Source: Candidatus Parcubacteria bacterium (lineage in GTDB: Bacteria > Patescibacteriota > Patescibacteriia > Patescibacteriales > UBA12075). From it: a stretch of DNA of 64,000 nucleotides. Under the pieces are notes generated by a model. The model was not told where the DNA came from. It searched no databases and saw only the letters and a list, made by a program, of their open reading frames with translations. The stretch is taken from assembly GCA_963814275.1 (NCBI GenBank), contig CAWFCE010000001.1, forward strand, positions 131,307 to 195,306, read 5' to 3'. Shown here piece by piece: positions 8,621-16,548 of the stretch. The position numbers and the translations under genes were made by a program. Within the stretch, counting starts at the first letter, position 1; the number at the start of each line of letters is the position of its first letter.

Positions 8621-9715
8621 ATGGAAAATTTGCTCAAAAATCTGGAAAATTTGCGTGAACGGGTCAATGAAACCCGGAAGCTTTTGGATATTGACCGAAA
8701 AAAATCAAAGGTGCACGAGTTGCGATCCGAGATGAACCAGCCGGGCTTTTGGGATAACCAGGGAAAAGCGGTGGATATAAGCAAGCGGGCGGAGGATCTG
8801 GAAAAAGAAGTTAACGAGTGGCAGGATTTTTCCCGGGAAATACGCGATCTGGAGGAATTGGTGGCCGAAGCGATCAAGGAAAATGACGCTTCAATCGAAG
8901 CCGAAGCCAACGAACAATACGCCAAACTTCTCAAAAAATACGAAAAACTGGAATTTTATATATTATTCTCCGGCAAATACGACGAGAACGGCGCGATCCT
9001 TTCGATCCATGCCGGTACCGGCGGGGTTGACGCCCAGGATTGGTCGCAGCTGCTTGAACGGATGTTCCTTCGTTTTGCGGAAAAGATGAATTGGCGGACA
9101 GAGATCGTCGACCGGACGATCGGTAATGAAGCCGGCATCAAGAGCATGACCATGCGCATTCCGGGTCGCTACGCATACGGGTACCTGAAAAGCGAATCCG
9201 GCGTGCATCGGCTGGTCCGGATCAGCCCTTTTGACGCGGAGGCGATGCGCCATACTTCATTCGCCCTGGTCGAAGTGATCCCCGATCTGGACGATGCGGC
9301 GGAGATCGAGCTTAACGAGGCTGATCTGCGTATAGACGTTTTCCGCTCCTCCGGACCGGGCGGCCAGGGGGTGAATACGACTGATTCGGCCGTCCGGATC
9401 AAGCATCTGCCGACCGGCATCATAGTCACCTGCCAGAACGAGCGCAGCCAGCACCAGAACAAGGAAACCGCCATGAAGATCCTCAAGGCCAAACTGTTCA
9501 GGCTGGAAGAAGAAAAACGCGAAGCCGAAGAATTGAAACTGCGCGGGGAGGCGCAGAAGGCCGAATGGGGCAAACAGATCCGCTCCTATGTGCTGCAGCC
9601 TTACAAAATGGTCAAGGATCACCGGACTGAACATGAAACGCAGGATGTGGACGGAGTTTTGGACGGCGACCTGACAGAATTTATGGAATCATATTTGAAG
9701 TGGATAAAGAAATAA
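8621..9715 (+). CDS. prfB: Peptide chain release factor 2
   Basis: SPF tripeptide (RISPFD), GGQ motif (SGPGGQGVNTTDSAVRIKHLPTG), 364 aa. The ORF is uninterrupted, so no +1 frameshift site is present. Confidence 0.9.
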   Translation: MENLLKNLENLRERVNETRKLLDIDRKKSKVHELRSEMNQPGFWDNQGKAVDISKRAEDLEKEVNEWQDFSREIRDLEELVAEAIKENDASIEAEANEQYAKLLKKYEKLEFYILFSGKYDENGAILSIHAGTGGVDAQDWSQLLERMFLRFAEKMNWRTEIVDRTIGNEAGIKSMTMRIPGRYAYGYLKSESGVHRLVRISPFDAEAMRHTSFALVEVIPDLDDAAEIELNEADLRIDVFRSSGPGGQGVNTTDSAVRIKHLPTGIIVTCQNERSQHQNKETAMKILKAKLFRLEEEKREAEELKLRGEAQKAEWGKQIRSYVLQPYKMVKDHRTEHETQDVDGVLDGDLTEFMESYLKWIKK

Positions 9716-9815
9716 TTTTCGATTCAATAATTATTTAATTGCATTTGTTAATAATTTCATTCGGTTTTGTCCACCCGCTTTCATGTAGGCATATATTATA
9801 ATAAAAAAATATATT

Positions 9816-9848
9816 AAAACACCTTTCCTCCAAGAGGTGTTTTTATTT
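9816..9848 (+). terminator. Rho-independent terminator candidate after prfB
   Basis: aaaacacct (9816-9824) pairs with aggtgtttt (9835-9843) and runs into a T-run. It abuts the RAYT start codon. Confidence 0.55.
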
Positions 9849-10517
9849 ATGGAAATTCATGAACTAAAACATAAACGTAAATCATACAGAATGCGGGATT
9901 ACGATTATAGTTCGCCTGGTTATTATTTTGTAACAATTTGCGTCAAGAACAAAACTTGCTGTTTGGGAAAAATCGTCGCGGGAGAAGATCGGTTTATTAC
10001 CGGCGAAATCAAGTTGTCGGAATTAGGCCGAATCGTAAATGATGTTTGGCTGTCTATTCCGGAACATCATAAAGTTGTTGAATTGGCCGAGTTTGTAATT
10101 ATGCCGAATCATATCCACGGGATAATTGGCATTAATGATATGGATTTCCGTAGGGGCATTGCGCGCAATACCCCAGAACGTGGCGATCCGCAAGCACTTT
10201 GCGCCAACCACCGCCGGGGCGTAGCACGCTACGCCCCTACGAATATGGATAAACGATGTTTTATTAAACAACCATCCGGATCCTTATCAACGATAATCGG
10301 TTCATTTAAATCTGAGGAATCAAGACGAATTCATGTGCTTCCAAAATGGAAAAATTTTAGCTGGCAGAGAAATTATTATGAACATATAATCGATAGTGAA
10401 AAATCATTGGAGTACATTCGATATTATATCGAAAATAATCCGATCAAGTGGTATGAAGATATCAATAATCCTAAAAATCGATTTACCGAATATCAGATAA
10501 AATATTATTACAAATAA
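9849..10517 (+). CDS. REP-associated tyrosine transposase (RAYT, IS200-like HUH/Y1 family)
   Basis: YYFVTICV strand, HUH motif MPNHIHGII, SWQRNYYEHII, and catalytic-Tyr region YIENNPIKW. The ORF track starts at GTG 9837, but ATG 9849 is better placed behind aagagg. It contains an in-frame 93-nt REP doublet. Confidence 0.85.
   Translation: MEIHELKHKRKSYRMRDYDYSSPGYYFVTICVKNKTCCLGKIVAGEDRFITGEIKLSELGRIVNDVWLSIPEHHKVVELAEFVIMPNHIHGIIGINDMDFRRGIARNTPERGDPQALCANHRRGVARYAPTNMDKRCFIKQPSGSLSTIIGSFKSEESRRIHVLPKWKNFSWQRNYYEHIIDSEKSLEYIRYYIENNPIKWYEDINNPKNRFTEYQIKYYYK
10149..10241 (+). repeat. Family-1 REP doublet (REPIN-like), copy inside the RAYT coding sequence
   Basis: GTAG plus hairpin ggggcattgcgcgcaatacccc at the left and ggggcgtagcacgctacgcccc plus CTAC at the right. 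It is 93 nt (31 codons) and matches 10534-10626 at 92 of 93 positions. Confidence 0.95.
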
Positions 10518-10533
10518 TTATTCCCCAGGTAAT

Positions 10534-10626
10534 CGTAGGGGCATTGCGCGCAATGCCCCAGAACGTGGCGATCCGCAAGCACTTTGCGCCAACCACCGCC
10601 GGGGCGTAGCACGCTACGCCCCTACA
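10534..10626 (+). repeat. Family-1 REP doublet (REPIN-like), copy 17 nt downstream of the RAYT stop
   Basis: cgtaggggcattgcgcgcaatgcccca...ggggcgtagcacgctacgcccctaca. Two GC-rich hairpins sit in inverted orientation, each headed by GTAG. Confidence 0.95.
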
Positions 10627-10639
10627 CCGTTATAATATT

Positions 10640-12208
10640 ATGTCGAAATCGAAAATATTCTTTTATTCCTGCTTGGCCTTTATCGCCGGTATTGGCTCCG
10701 CTTCTTTTTTGCCGGAATCGGTTTTGTCTTATGAATTGCATTGGTTCGTTGCTGGAATATTGTTTTTAACCAGCGCGGCTATATTTCACAGACAAAGGAA
10801 AAACAAAGATAAGTCGGAAAATGGATTGTCTTTGGCGCCGTTATTGTTGGTCTTGGCTTTTTTCTTTTTCGGCCTGTGGCGCTATGCGTTAAGCATGCCG
10901 GTAAATTCGTCCGGGAATATTCAATACTACAACGGCTATTTTGCGGACGTTACCGGTTTGATCACGGGTGAACCGGATGTCCGCGAAGCAAGCCAGCGGC
11001 TGGAGATTACGGTGAAATCGATTGAGATAAAAGGGAAAACGGATAAGGCGCAAAAAGCGGACGGAAAACTATTGGTCGCCACAGCCCTTTATCCGCAGTA
11101 CAAATACGGCGATGTTATCAGGACAGAATGCGAACTCATGGCGCCCGAACCATTCGATGATTTTGCCTATGACCGCTATCTGGCGCGCTATAACGTTTAT
11201 GCGGTCTGTTATTATCCCAAGGTTGTTGAAACGGTCGGATCCGGTCAGGGCAATCGCTTGGTTGCCGGAGTTTTGGCGATAAAGAATAAAATGAAGCATA
11301 TTCTCAATAGGGGGCTGGACGAATTACCGGCGTCATTGGCGCGGGCAATGCTTCTGGGCGATAAGCGCGGCTTGCCTGAAGATGTCCGTGAAGCGTTTTC
11401 GTGCGCGGGTTTGAGCCATTTGGCGGCCATTTCCGGAATGCATATCAGTATTATCTCGGCAATGGTGATGACCGGGCTCATCTATCTGGGGTTCAGACGC
11501 CGGCAGGCATATTACCTGGCGACGCTTTTTCTATTGTTCTATATCATATTGATTGGTTTGCCGGCTAGCGCCATCAGGGCCGGTATTATGGGGTTTTTGG
11601 TTTTGACCGCGATGGAGCTCGGCCGATTGAACCGGGCCGTTAATTCACTGGTGCTGGCTGCGGCCGTGATGCTCTTAATGAATCCGCGGCTTCTGCGGGA
11701 CGATATCGGCTTCCAGCTTTCTTTTGCCGCGGTTGCCGGCCTGGTTTTTTTCTATCCCCTGGGCTCTGCCCTCTATCGGCGGCTGGAGGACAGGTTTTCG
11801 ATTCCCACAGCCGGCGGCGGGGTCGCGGCGATACTGCTGGTAACCATATCCGCCCAATTAGCTACCTGGCCGCTTACCGCATATTATTTTTCTTCATTCA
11901 CCTGGGTGGCGCCCATGAGCAATCTCGTTGTCCTATGGGTATTGCCGTTCTTGTTCGTTTCCTTGGTCGGAGGCTTGGTCATTGCCTTCTTTCTGCCCGG
12001 CTTCGGTTATCTCGCTCTGCTTCCCGCCCGTTTGATTTTGGATTACATAATCGCTGTGGCGAGATACGCGGCCGCTTTTGCCGGGAATAACGAATACCGG
12101 ACCGGTTGGCTGTTTGTCGCCGTATATTACGCATTATTCGGGATTCTTTGGATATCAATGCCGATGTTAAAAAAAATTTTTCTTCGTAATCGCCTTTTTC
12201 CCGGTTAA
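10640..12208 (+). CDS. comEC: ComEC/Rec2-family DNA internalisation channel protein (no C-terminal metallo-beta-lactamase domain)
   Basis: Polytopic 522-aa protein with the competence-domain signature RAMLLGDKRGLPEDVREAFSCAGLSHLAAISGMHISII. It ends without an HxHxDH domain. Confidence 0.85.
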   Translation: MSKSKIFFYSCLAFIAGIGSASFLPESVLSYELHWFVAGILFLTSAAIFHRQRKNKDKSENGLSLAPLLLVLAFFFFGLWRYALSMPVNSSGNIQYYNGYFADVTGLITGEPDVREASQRLEITVKSIEIKGKTDKAQKADGKLLVATALYPQYKYGDVIRTECELMAPEPFDDFAYDRYLARYNVYAVCYYPKVVETVGSGQGNRLVAGVLAIKNKMKHILNRGLDELPASLARAMLLGDKRGLPEDVREAFSCAGLSHLAAISGMHISIISAMVMTGLIYLGFRRRQAYYLATLFLLFYIILIGLPASAIRAGIMGFLVLTAMELGRLNRAVNSLVLAAAVMLLMNPRLLRDDIGFQLSFAAVAGLVFFYPLGSALYRRLEDRFSIPTAGGGVAAILLVTISAQLATWPLTAYYFSSFTWVAPMSNLVVLWVLPFLFVSLVGGLVIAFFLPGFGYLALLPARLILDYIIAVARYAAAFAGNNEYRTGWLFVAVYYALFGILWISMPMLKKIFLRNRLFPG

Positions 12209-12432
12209 AAATTATCAAAAGCGCCCCCTCTCATCAACTCATAAAAAATAGCCGGAAAATATTTGAACTGCTTTAATTTATTTTTAACGTGTAATATGAT
12301 ATTATATAAATGATAACAGAAATCAGAATTAATATCTTTGCTAAGGTATTTGAATTGATTTAAGAAGTAATAAACACGACAAGTTGAACCGGAACAATCC
12401 GATTTACCAAACGTTCTTTCATAAATTTTTTG

Positions 12433-12712
12433 ACGGGCGTGAGCCGCATGTGGCTCGTGCCCCGAGAAAGCTTCACCAAAGCTTTTACAAGAGTTGGATC
12501 AAATTGTCAGTTCGGTTTTACCGCGTTTCTGATATCTTACAAGAAGTATCAGGATAGGAGCACAGGGGAAAATCTGATTCTTGTCTCAAACTATCGGATA
12601 CGGCATGTATCTAATTAATTTGACTAGGAGTCGGCCGCTAAACAACCTTTAGCAGCACCCATTGGATCGAGCCAATTCTTGATAAGCACCAACTGGTGAA
12701 GCTTTTTTGGTA
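12433..12712 (+). ncRNA. Candidate structured RNA of unknown class
   Basis: 11-bp hairpin with 2 G-U pairs (12435-12445 / 12452-12462). Long-range helix gaaagcttcacc (12466-12477) pairs with ggtgaagctttt (12695-12706), extended by agttgg/ccaact and atcaa/ttgat. It ends in a T-run, and no convincing ORF is present. Confidence 0.3.
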
Positions 12713-12873
12713 CTCCTACGAATTACGAATTATTGCGAATATACTAGTACTATTCTTAATGTCTTGCCGCATAGCCAGCCTGTTTGTTTACAAAATCAAA
12801 TATATTTACTAAGATAAAGATACTAAGTTGAGCTTAGTTTTTTTTGTTTTTTTAAGGGAAGACAAATAAACCA

Positions 12874-12944
12874 CGGGATATAGTATAGTGGTAGTACGCG
12901 TGCATGGGGTGCATGTAGTGGCGGTTCGATTCCGCCTATCCCGA
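12874..12944 (+). tRNA. tRNA-Pro (anticodon GGG)
   Basis: Hand-folded cloverleaf. Acceptor cgggata/tatcccg (C1:G72, typical of bacterial tRNA-Pro), D arm gtat-agtggta-gtac, anticodon arm cgtgc-atGGGgt-gcatg with G37, T arm ggcgg-ttcgatt-ccgcc, discriminator A. CCA is not encoded. Confidence 0.9.
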
Positions 12945-12950
12945 CATAAT

Positions 12951-12980
12951 AAAAAATACTGATTAAAATCAGTATTTTTT
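12951..12980. terminator. Bidirectional terminator hairpin between tRNA-Pro and the convergent 13015 gene
   Basis: atactgat-taaa-atcagtat flanked by an A-run upstream and a T-run downstream. Confidence 0.7.
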
Positions 12981-13014
12981 GTTTATAATAAATTAATTTT
13001 TAACAGTAAAATAT

Positions 13015-13803
13015 TCAATCGTCATTATCGGCCTGATATACTTCCGGAAATTTTTCTTCGATAATTTTTTCCAATTTTTTCCGCCAACGCTTGAAATGCG
13101 CCTGGCTTAGCGGACTGACGATGTGGCGGCCTTGCAGTTCGTTCAATTTGCCGCTCCGTTCGCTGGCGTTAACGCCGGTGTCGACGAAAAATACCCGGCG
13201 TCCATATTTGTCCGGTTCATTCGCGATTACAATATTGCTCGAATAGCGGGGATCGGATAGCACGGCGCCCAGTCTGGCGCGCAAGTTTCCGGATTCAGGG
13301 GTCCACATGAAATCCGGTTTATGAGCCTTATTTTTACGGGATTCTTTAAGGATTTTTGTGCCGGCGTCGCAGAGTTCCAGCAGTTCTTTGACGACCTCGG
13401 GGTCGCGATAAAGATCTTCGTCTTTGACCCGGTCGATGCGCTCGCCGTCGATAAAAGGCTGGATGTTATATGACCGGGGTTTATCATCCTCCGTTTCCCT
13501 GGCTTTGAAATAAAGCGTATCAGGAACGAATTTGCCGAAAGCGGGGCAGTTTTTCAGAAATTCATAAAATTCCCGGCTTTTGGCCATTTCTTTATCATCG
13601 GCGAAATCGTGCCTGAGGGATTGCTTTAAGGCAATCGTTTTCTCCTCGCTTTTCTTGTTTAACACTTTGGTTTTCCGGATCGTCGATTCATTGCCCTCGG
13701 CGAAATTTTCTGATTCGATTTGTTTAAGCGGCAACGTATTATTCTCCGGTACGGGGGTCTTTGCTATTTCCTCATTGATTGGGTTAATTTTTTCGAAATT
13801 CAT
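13015..13803 (-). CDS. Hypothetical protein (possibly an atypical kinase-like fold)
   Basis: 262-aa ORF between a terminator and an AT-rich upstream region. The segments IQPFIDGERI and NIVIANEPDKYGRRVFFVDTG faintly resemble kinase hinge and catalytic/DxG regions. No firm family assignment. Confidence 0.6.
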   Translation of the reverse strand: MNFEKINPINEEIAKTPVPENNTLPLKQIESENFAEGNESTIRKTKVLNKKSEEKTIALKQSLRHDFADDKEMAKSREFYEFLKNCPAFGKFVPDTLYFKARETEDDKPRSYNIQPFIDGERIDRVKDEDLYRDPEVVKELLELCDAGTKILKESRKNKAHKPDFMWTPESGNLRARLGAVLSDPRYSSNIVIANEPDKYGRRVFFVDTGVNASERSGKLNELQGRHIVSPLSQAHFKRWRKKLEKIIEEKFPEVYQADNDD

Positions 13804-13941
13804 AAATAGTCAGGTAGTAAGTCCTTATATTTATTATATCATTCCGTTTTGGGCGTGTAAAACAGACGAATATTCTTTGATAAATTCGGAGTAATAGTAA
13901 AGTCTATGGGCAATTGTTAATTAAAAAAAAGGAGGATGCCA

Positions 13942-14157
13942 ATGGATATGATTGCCGGCATCGTCGATTTGGATGGATTAAGCAGCAAACGGCTCCTTGC
14001 TGAAATATCGGAAAGGATCGAAATATTGGAGAAAACGAAATCAATTATTTATTTCTTATTACCGAAAGACATAAGAAAAGAACTAAGCCGTCCGGTATCG
14101 CAATTGAATTTGGATCGGCGCCTGAACAATGCATTGAGCGATCATTCGCCACGCTAG
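13942..14157 (+). CDS. Hypothetical small protein (same frame stays open for 32 more codons after its TAG)
   Basis: Strong SD aggagg (13929-13934) sits 7 nt before ATG 13942. The track start at 13936 is too close to the SD. Confidence 0.45.
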   Translation: MDMIAGIVDLDGLSSKRLLAEISERIEILEKTKSIIYFLLPKDIRKELSRPVSQLNLDRRLNNALSDHSPR

Positions 14158-14322
14158 AGAAAAATATTGGATACTCTGGATTTACTGACGGAGAGCAATG
14201 AAAGGATTGTCAGGAGAACGAAGATCGGGGAGAAAGGACGCGGAAAAGATTAAACCTGGAAAAAGGAGACACAAAAAAATTGACCAGTATGGCGAAGGGG
14301 AGATAAGCTATTGTCATGAACT

Positions 14323-14371
14323 AAGCAGCAGCTAATACAGAATTTTACCGTAGCTGCTGCTTTTATTTTTT
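14323..14371 (+). terminator. Rho-independent terminator
   Basis: aagcagcagcta (14323-14334) pairs with tagctgctgctt (14351-14362), followed by ttttatttttt. Confidence 0.75.
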
Positions 14372-14460
14372 ATCAATATATATTATTTTGCCCAATGTTA
14401 TTCGGTGAGCTATAATATAATAGTAAAGTAACACAACGAGGCAATAATAACTGTAAATAT

Positions 14461-15255
14461 ATGGGTAAAGGGAAGGCGATATTGGTCGGCACGGCCGCGA
14501 CCGTAGTCGTGGCCGGCGGCTTGGTCTATGCCACGCTGGACCGGTGGTTTTCGGACGAACCGGCTCCTCCGGCAGATTCGGAACAGGTCGGTCCCGGCTC
14601 GGGTGATGAGCTTGGTCCGGGAGAAACCCCTACCGGGGATAATCTGGACCGGGGGAATGGTCCCGGAGAGTTCGGCCCCGGCTCCGGCGATGAACTAAAA
14701 CCGGGAGAAACCCCCACGGGCGATAATCTTGACCGGGGCAACGGTCCCGGCGAATTCGGCCCCGGCTCCGGCGAAGAACTTCCCGCGGATGAACCGACAG
14801 GCCCCGGCTCCGGCGATGAACTAAAACCGGGAGAAACCCCCACGGGCGATAATCTTGACCGGGGCAACGGTCCCGGCGAATTTGGCCCCGGCTCCGGCGA
14901 AGAACTTCCCGCGGATGAACCGACAGGCCCCGGCTCCGGCGATGAGATCAGCTTCGAGTCGGTAACCAAGGGTTCCTGCAATACGATCGATGACGCCAGC
15001 ACCTGTCTCGATTATATCGGTTCGTACTTCGGAACCTTGGAAAATATGAAATTGCACTGCGCCGGCAGCGGCACTTTTTCTTCGAAGCCGTGTCCGCGAC
15101 CGGCTGTCGGCGGCTGCCATATCGGCGCCAATACCGCGAACGAATTGATCACCTGGCATTACGATTACGGCGGTGACCCCTTTAACTCCGAAGTCGTTCC
15201 GTATGCCGCCATGGCCTGTAACGCGAGCCCTTATGCGACCTGGATAGCAAATTAG
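14461..15255 (+). CDS. Membrane-anchored/secreted repeat protein with Cys-rich C-terminal domain
   Basis: N-terminal hydrophobic segment, then GPGSGDELKPGETPTGDNLDRGNGPGEF / GPGSGEELPADEPT repeats, then a roughly 100-aa C-terminal domain with 6 Cys. Confidence 0.75.
   Translation: MGKGKAILVGTAATVVVAGGLVYATLDRWFSDEPAPPADSEQVGPGSGDELGPGETPTGDNLDRGNGPGEFGPGSGDELKPGETPTGDNLDRGNGPGEFGPGSGEELPADEPTGPGSGDELKPGETPTGDNLDRGNGPGEFGPGSGEELPADEPTGPGSGDEISFESVTKGSCNTIDDASTCLDYIGSYFGTLENMKLHCAGSGTFSSKPCPRPAVGGCHIGANTANELITWHYDYGGDPFNSEVVPYAAMACNASPYATWIAN
14590..14925 (+). repeat. In-gene tandem repeat (84-nt unit, then two near-identical 126-nt units at 14674-14799 and 14800-14925)
   Basis: Codons 72-113 and 114-155 encode the same 42 residues with nearly identical DNA. 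Confidence 0.9.
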
Positions 15256-15272
15256 ATTTTTTCGATAAAATT

Positions 15273-15306
15273 AAACCACCCCTCGATAACGACGGGGTGG
15301 TTTTTC
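15273..15306. terminator. Bidirectional terminator between convergent genes
   Basis: accacccc (15275-15282) pairs with ggggtggt (15294-15301), with an A-rich 5' flank and a T-run 3' flank. Confidence 0.7.
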
Positions 15307-15321
15307 GTTTGACCAGAAAAT

Positions 15322-15801
15322 TCAATCCAAGACCCATTCCGGATTATTAGCCTTTAATTCAGCCAAAGCGTGTTCGAAGGAACAATTCTGTTGCCGTTTT
15401 ACGGCCAAATAAAGCGCGGCCGCATATTGGGGGCTTAGTTCCAGGCAGATAGCGCCAAAAGCGAATGCGCCCAACTTAGCCAACACCGAACAATACGCAC
15501 CGATTTTGTCAAAATCGATTCTTCTTCCCGGTGCCATAAACTTTCTTCTATGAAACAAACACTTAACATCGACTGCCGCCTTTTTCCAATTGCCATGTAT
15601 TCCGTACTGGTCGGCCACTAATAACGCAATAGTGGTATCACTGTCATTCGTCGGTTGTCCCGATTTTTCTGCGTTAAAAAAATCCTCCTTTCTGTCCAAT
15701 GTTTGCCATACTTCTGCCAATTGCCCGTGATTTAATTTCAATTTTTTTTCCACTTGCCCCCTCTTTTCTGTTGCGTGTTTATTTGTATTTAATGATAACA
15801 A
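15322..15801 (-). CDS. Hypothetical protein
   Basis: 159-aa ORF bounded by the terminator and an AT-rich divergent promoter region. No recognisable motifs. Confidence 0.55.
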   Translation of the reverse strand: MLSLNTNKHATEKRGQVEKKLKLNHGQLAEVWQTLDRKEDFFNAEKSGQPTNDSDTTIALLVADQYGIHGNWKKAAVDVKCLFHRRKFMAPGRRIDFDKIGAYCSVLAKLGAFAFGAICLELSPQYAAALYLAVKRQQNCSFEHALAELKANNPEWVLD

Positions 15802-16023
15802 CTAAAAATAAGAATATTATGAAAAATATTTTCCATGAAAATGCTTTTCCGATAGATACGGCAATTTGCCAATTGTCCGCCTTTTTTATTTAATTTTTAT
15901 AATGAAAACTAAACATATTTAAAAACTAATGGGAGAAAATGGAAATCTATAAAATCGCCAAATATGGCGGTTTTTGTTATAATTAAAACAAATGAGATAT
16001 TTAATTCATAAAATAAAAATATT

Positions 16024-16443
16024 ATGGAAAATCAGTTAAAAAAAGTAAAAACTTGGCACGAGGAGCATGCCCTGCGCCTGTCGTCACCGCAGAAAATGGC
16101 CGATAAGCTGGCCAACTTGATCGGATCGTGGTATTATATCGTTTTCCAGACGGTTATGATCATTGTCTGGATGACAGCAAATGTGTTTGCTACCATAAAC
16201 CGCTGGGATCCGTATCCTTTTATTCTTTTGAACCTGCTTTTTTCCACCCAAGCTGCCTATGCCGCGCCAATTATCATGATGGCGCAAAACCGGCAGAATG
16301 AGCGCGACCGGTTCCAGGCCCACGATGATTACGTCACTAACGTGCGGGCCAAAGAGGAAATTGAAGAATTGCAGCAGTCACTCTCGCGGATCGAGAACGA
16401 GAAACTGAACCAGATATTGGAGATTTTGAAAAATAAGGCATAA
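16024..16443 (+). CDS. DUF1003-family membrane protein
   Basis: Two TM segments and the conserved stretch WDPYPFILLNLLFSTQAAYAAPIIMMAQNRQ. Confidence 0.7.
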   Translation: MENQLKKVKTWHEEHALRLSSPQKMADKLANLIGSWYYIVFQTVMIIVWMTANVFATINRWDPYPFILLNLLFSTQAAYAAPIIMMAQNRQNERDRFQAHDDYVTNVRAKEEIEELQQSLSRIENEKLNQILEILKNKA

Positions 16444-16548
16444 AAAATTTAGAAATTAGGATTTAGAAATTGTTAAGGTGAATATTTATGTTTTTGGTAA
16501 AATAATCCTAGCAAACGTTTGAGGAATAAAACCATAAGGAAACTATAT

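Noticed and set aside
8056-8934. 292-aa ORF on the minus strand, plus other long antisense ORFs (19444-20379, 40335-41150, 41650-42309, 50422-51492, 53667-54383, 59730-60437).
   Set aside because: Each lies opposite a gene with unmistakable conserved motifs (ABC ATPase/prfB, MATE, ftsK, fusA, tuf, rpsC). Their products are low-complexity or Arg/Ser-rich, so they are shadow ORFs.
8621-9715. Looked for the programmed +1 frameshift site (CTT TGA C near codon 25) typical of many prfB genes.
   Set aside because: The RF2 ORF is continuous from ATG 8621 with no internal stop. Frameshift-less prfB genes are known, so this is not reported as a finding.
12430-12618. 62-aa ORF in the gene-free region upstream of tRNA-Pro.
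   Set aside because: It has no SD and an unusual composition. It also overlaps the hairpins and long-range helix that are better explained as an RNA structure.
12209-12873. Tested the region by eye for tmRNA, RNase P RNA, SRP RNA and 6S hallmarks.
   Set aside because: There is no tRNA-like acceptor/T-arm ends, no GAGGAAAGTCC-type RNase P core and no SRP helix-8 motif. The class is therefore left open rather than named.
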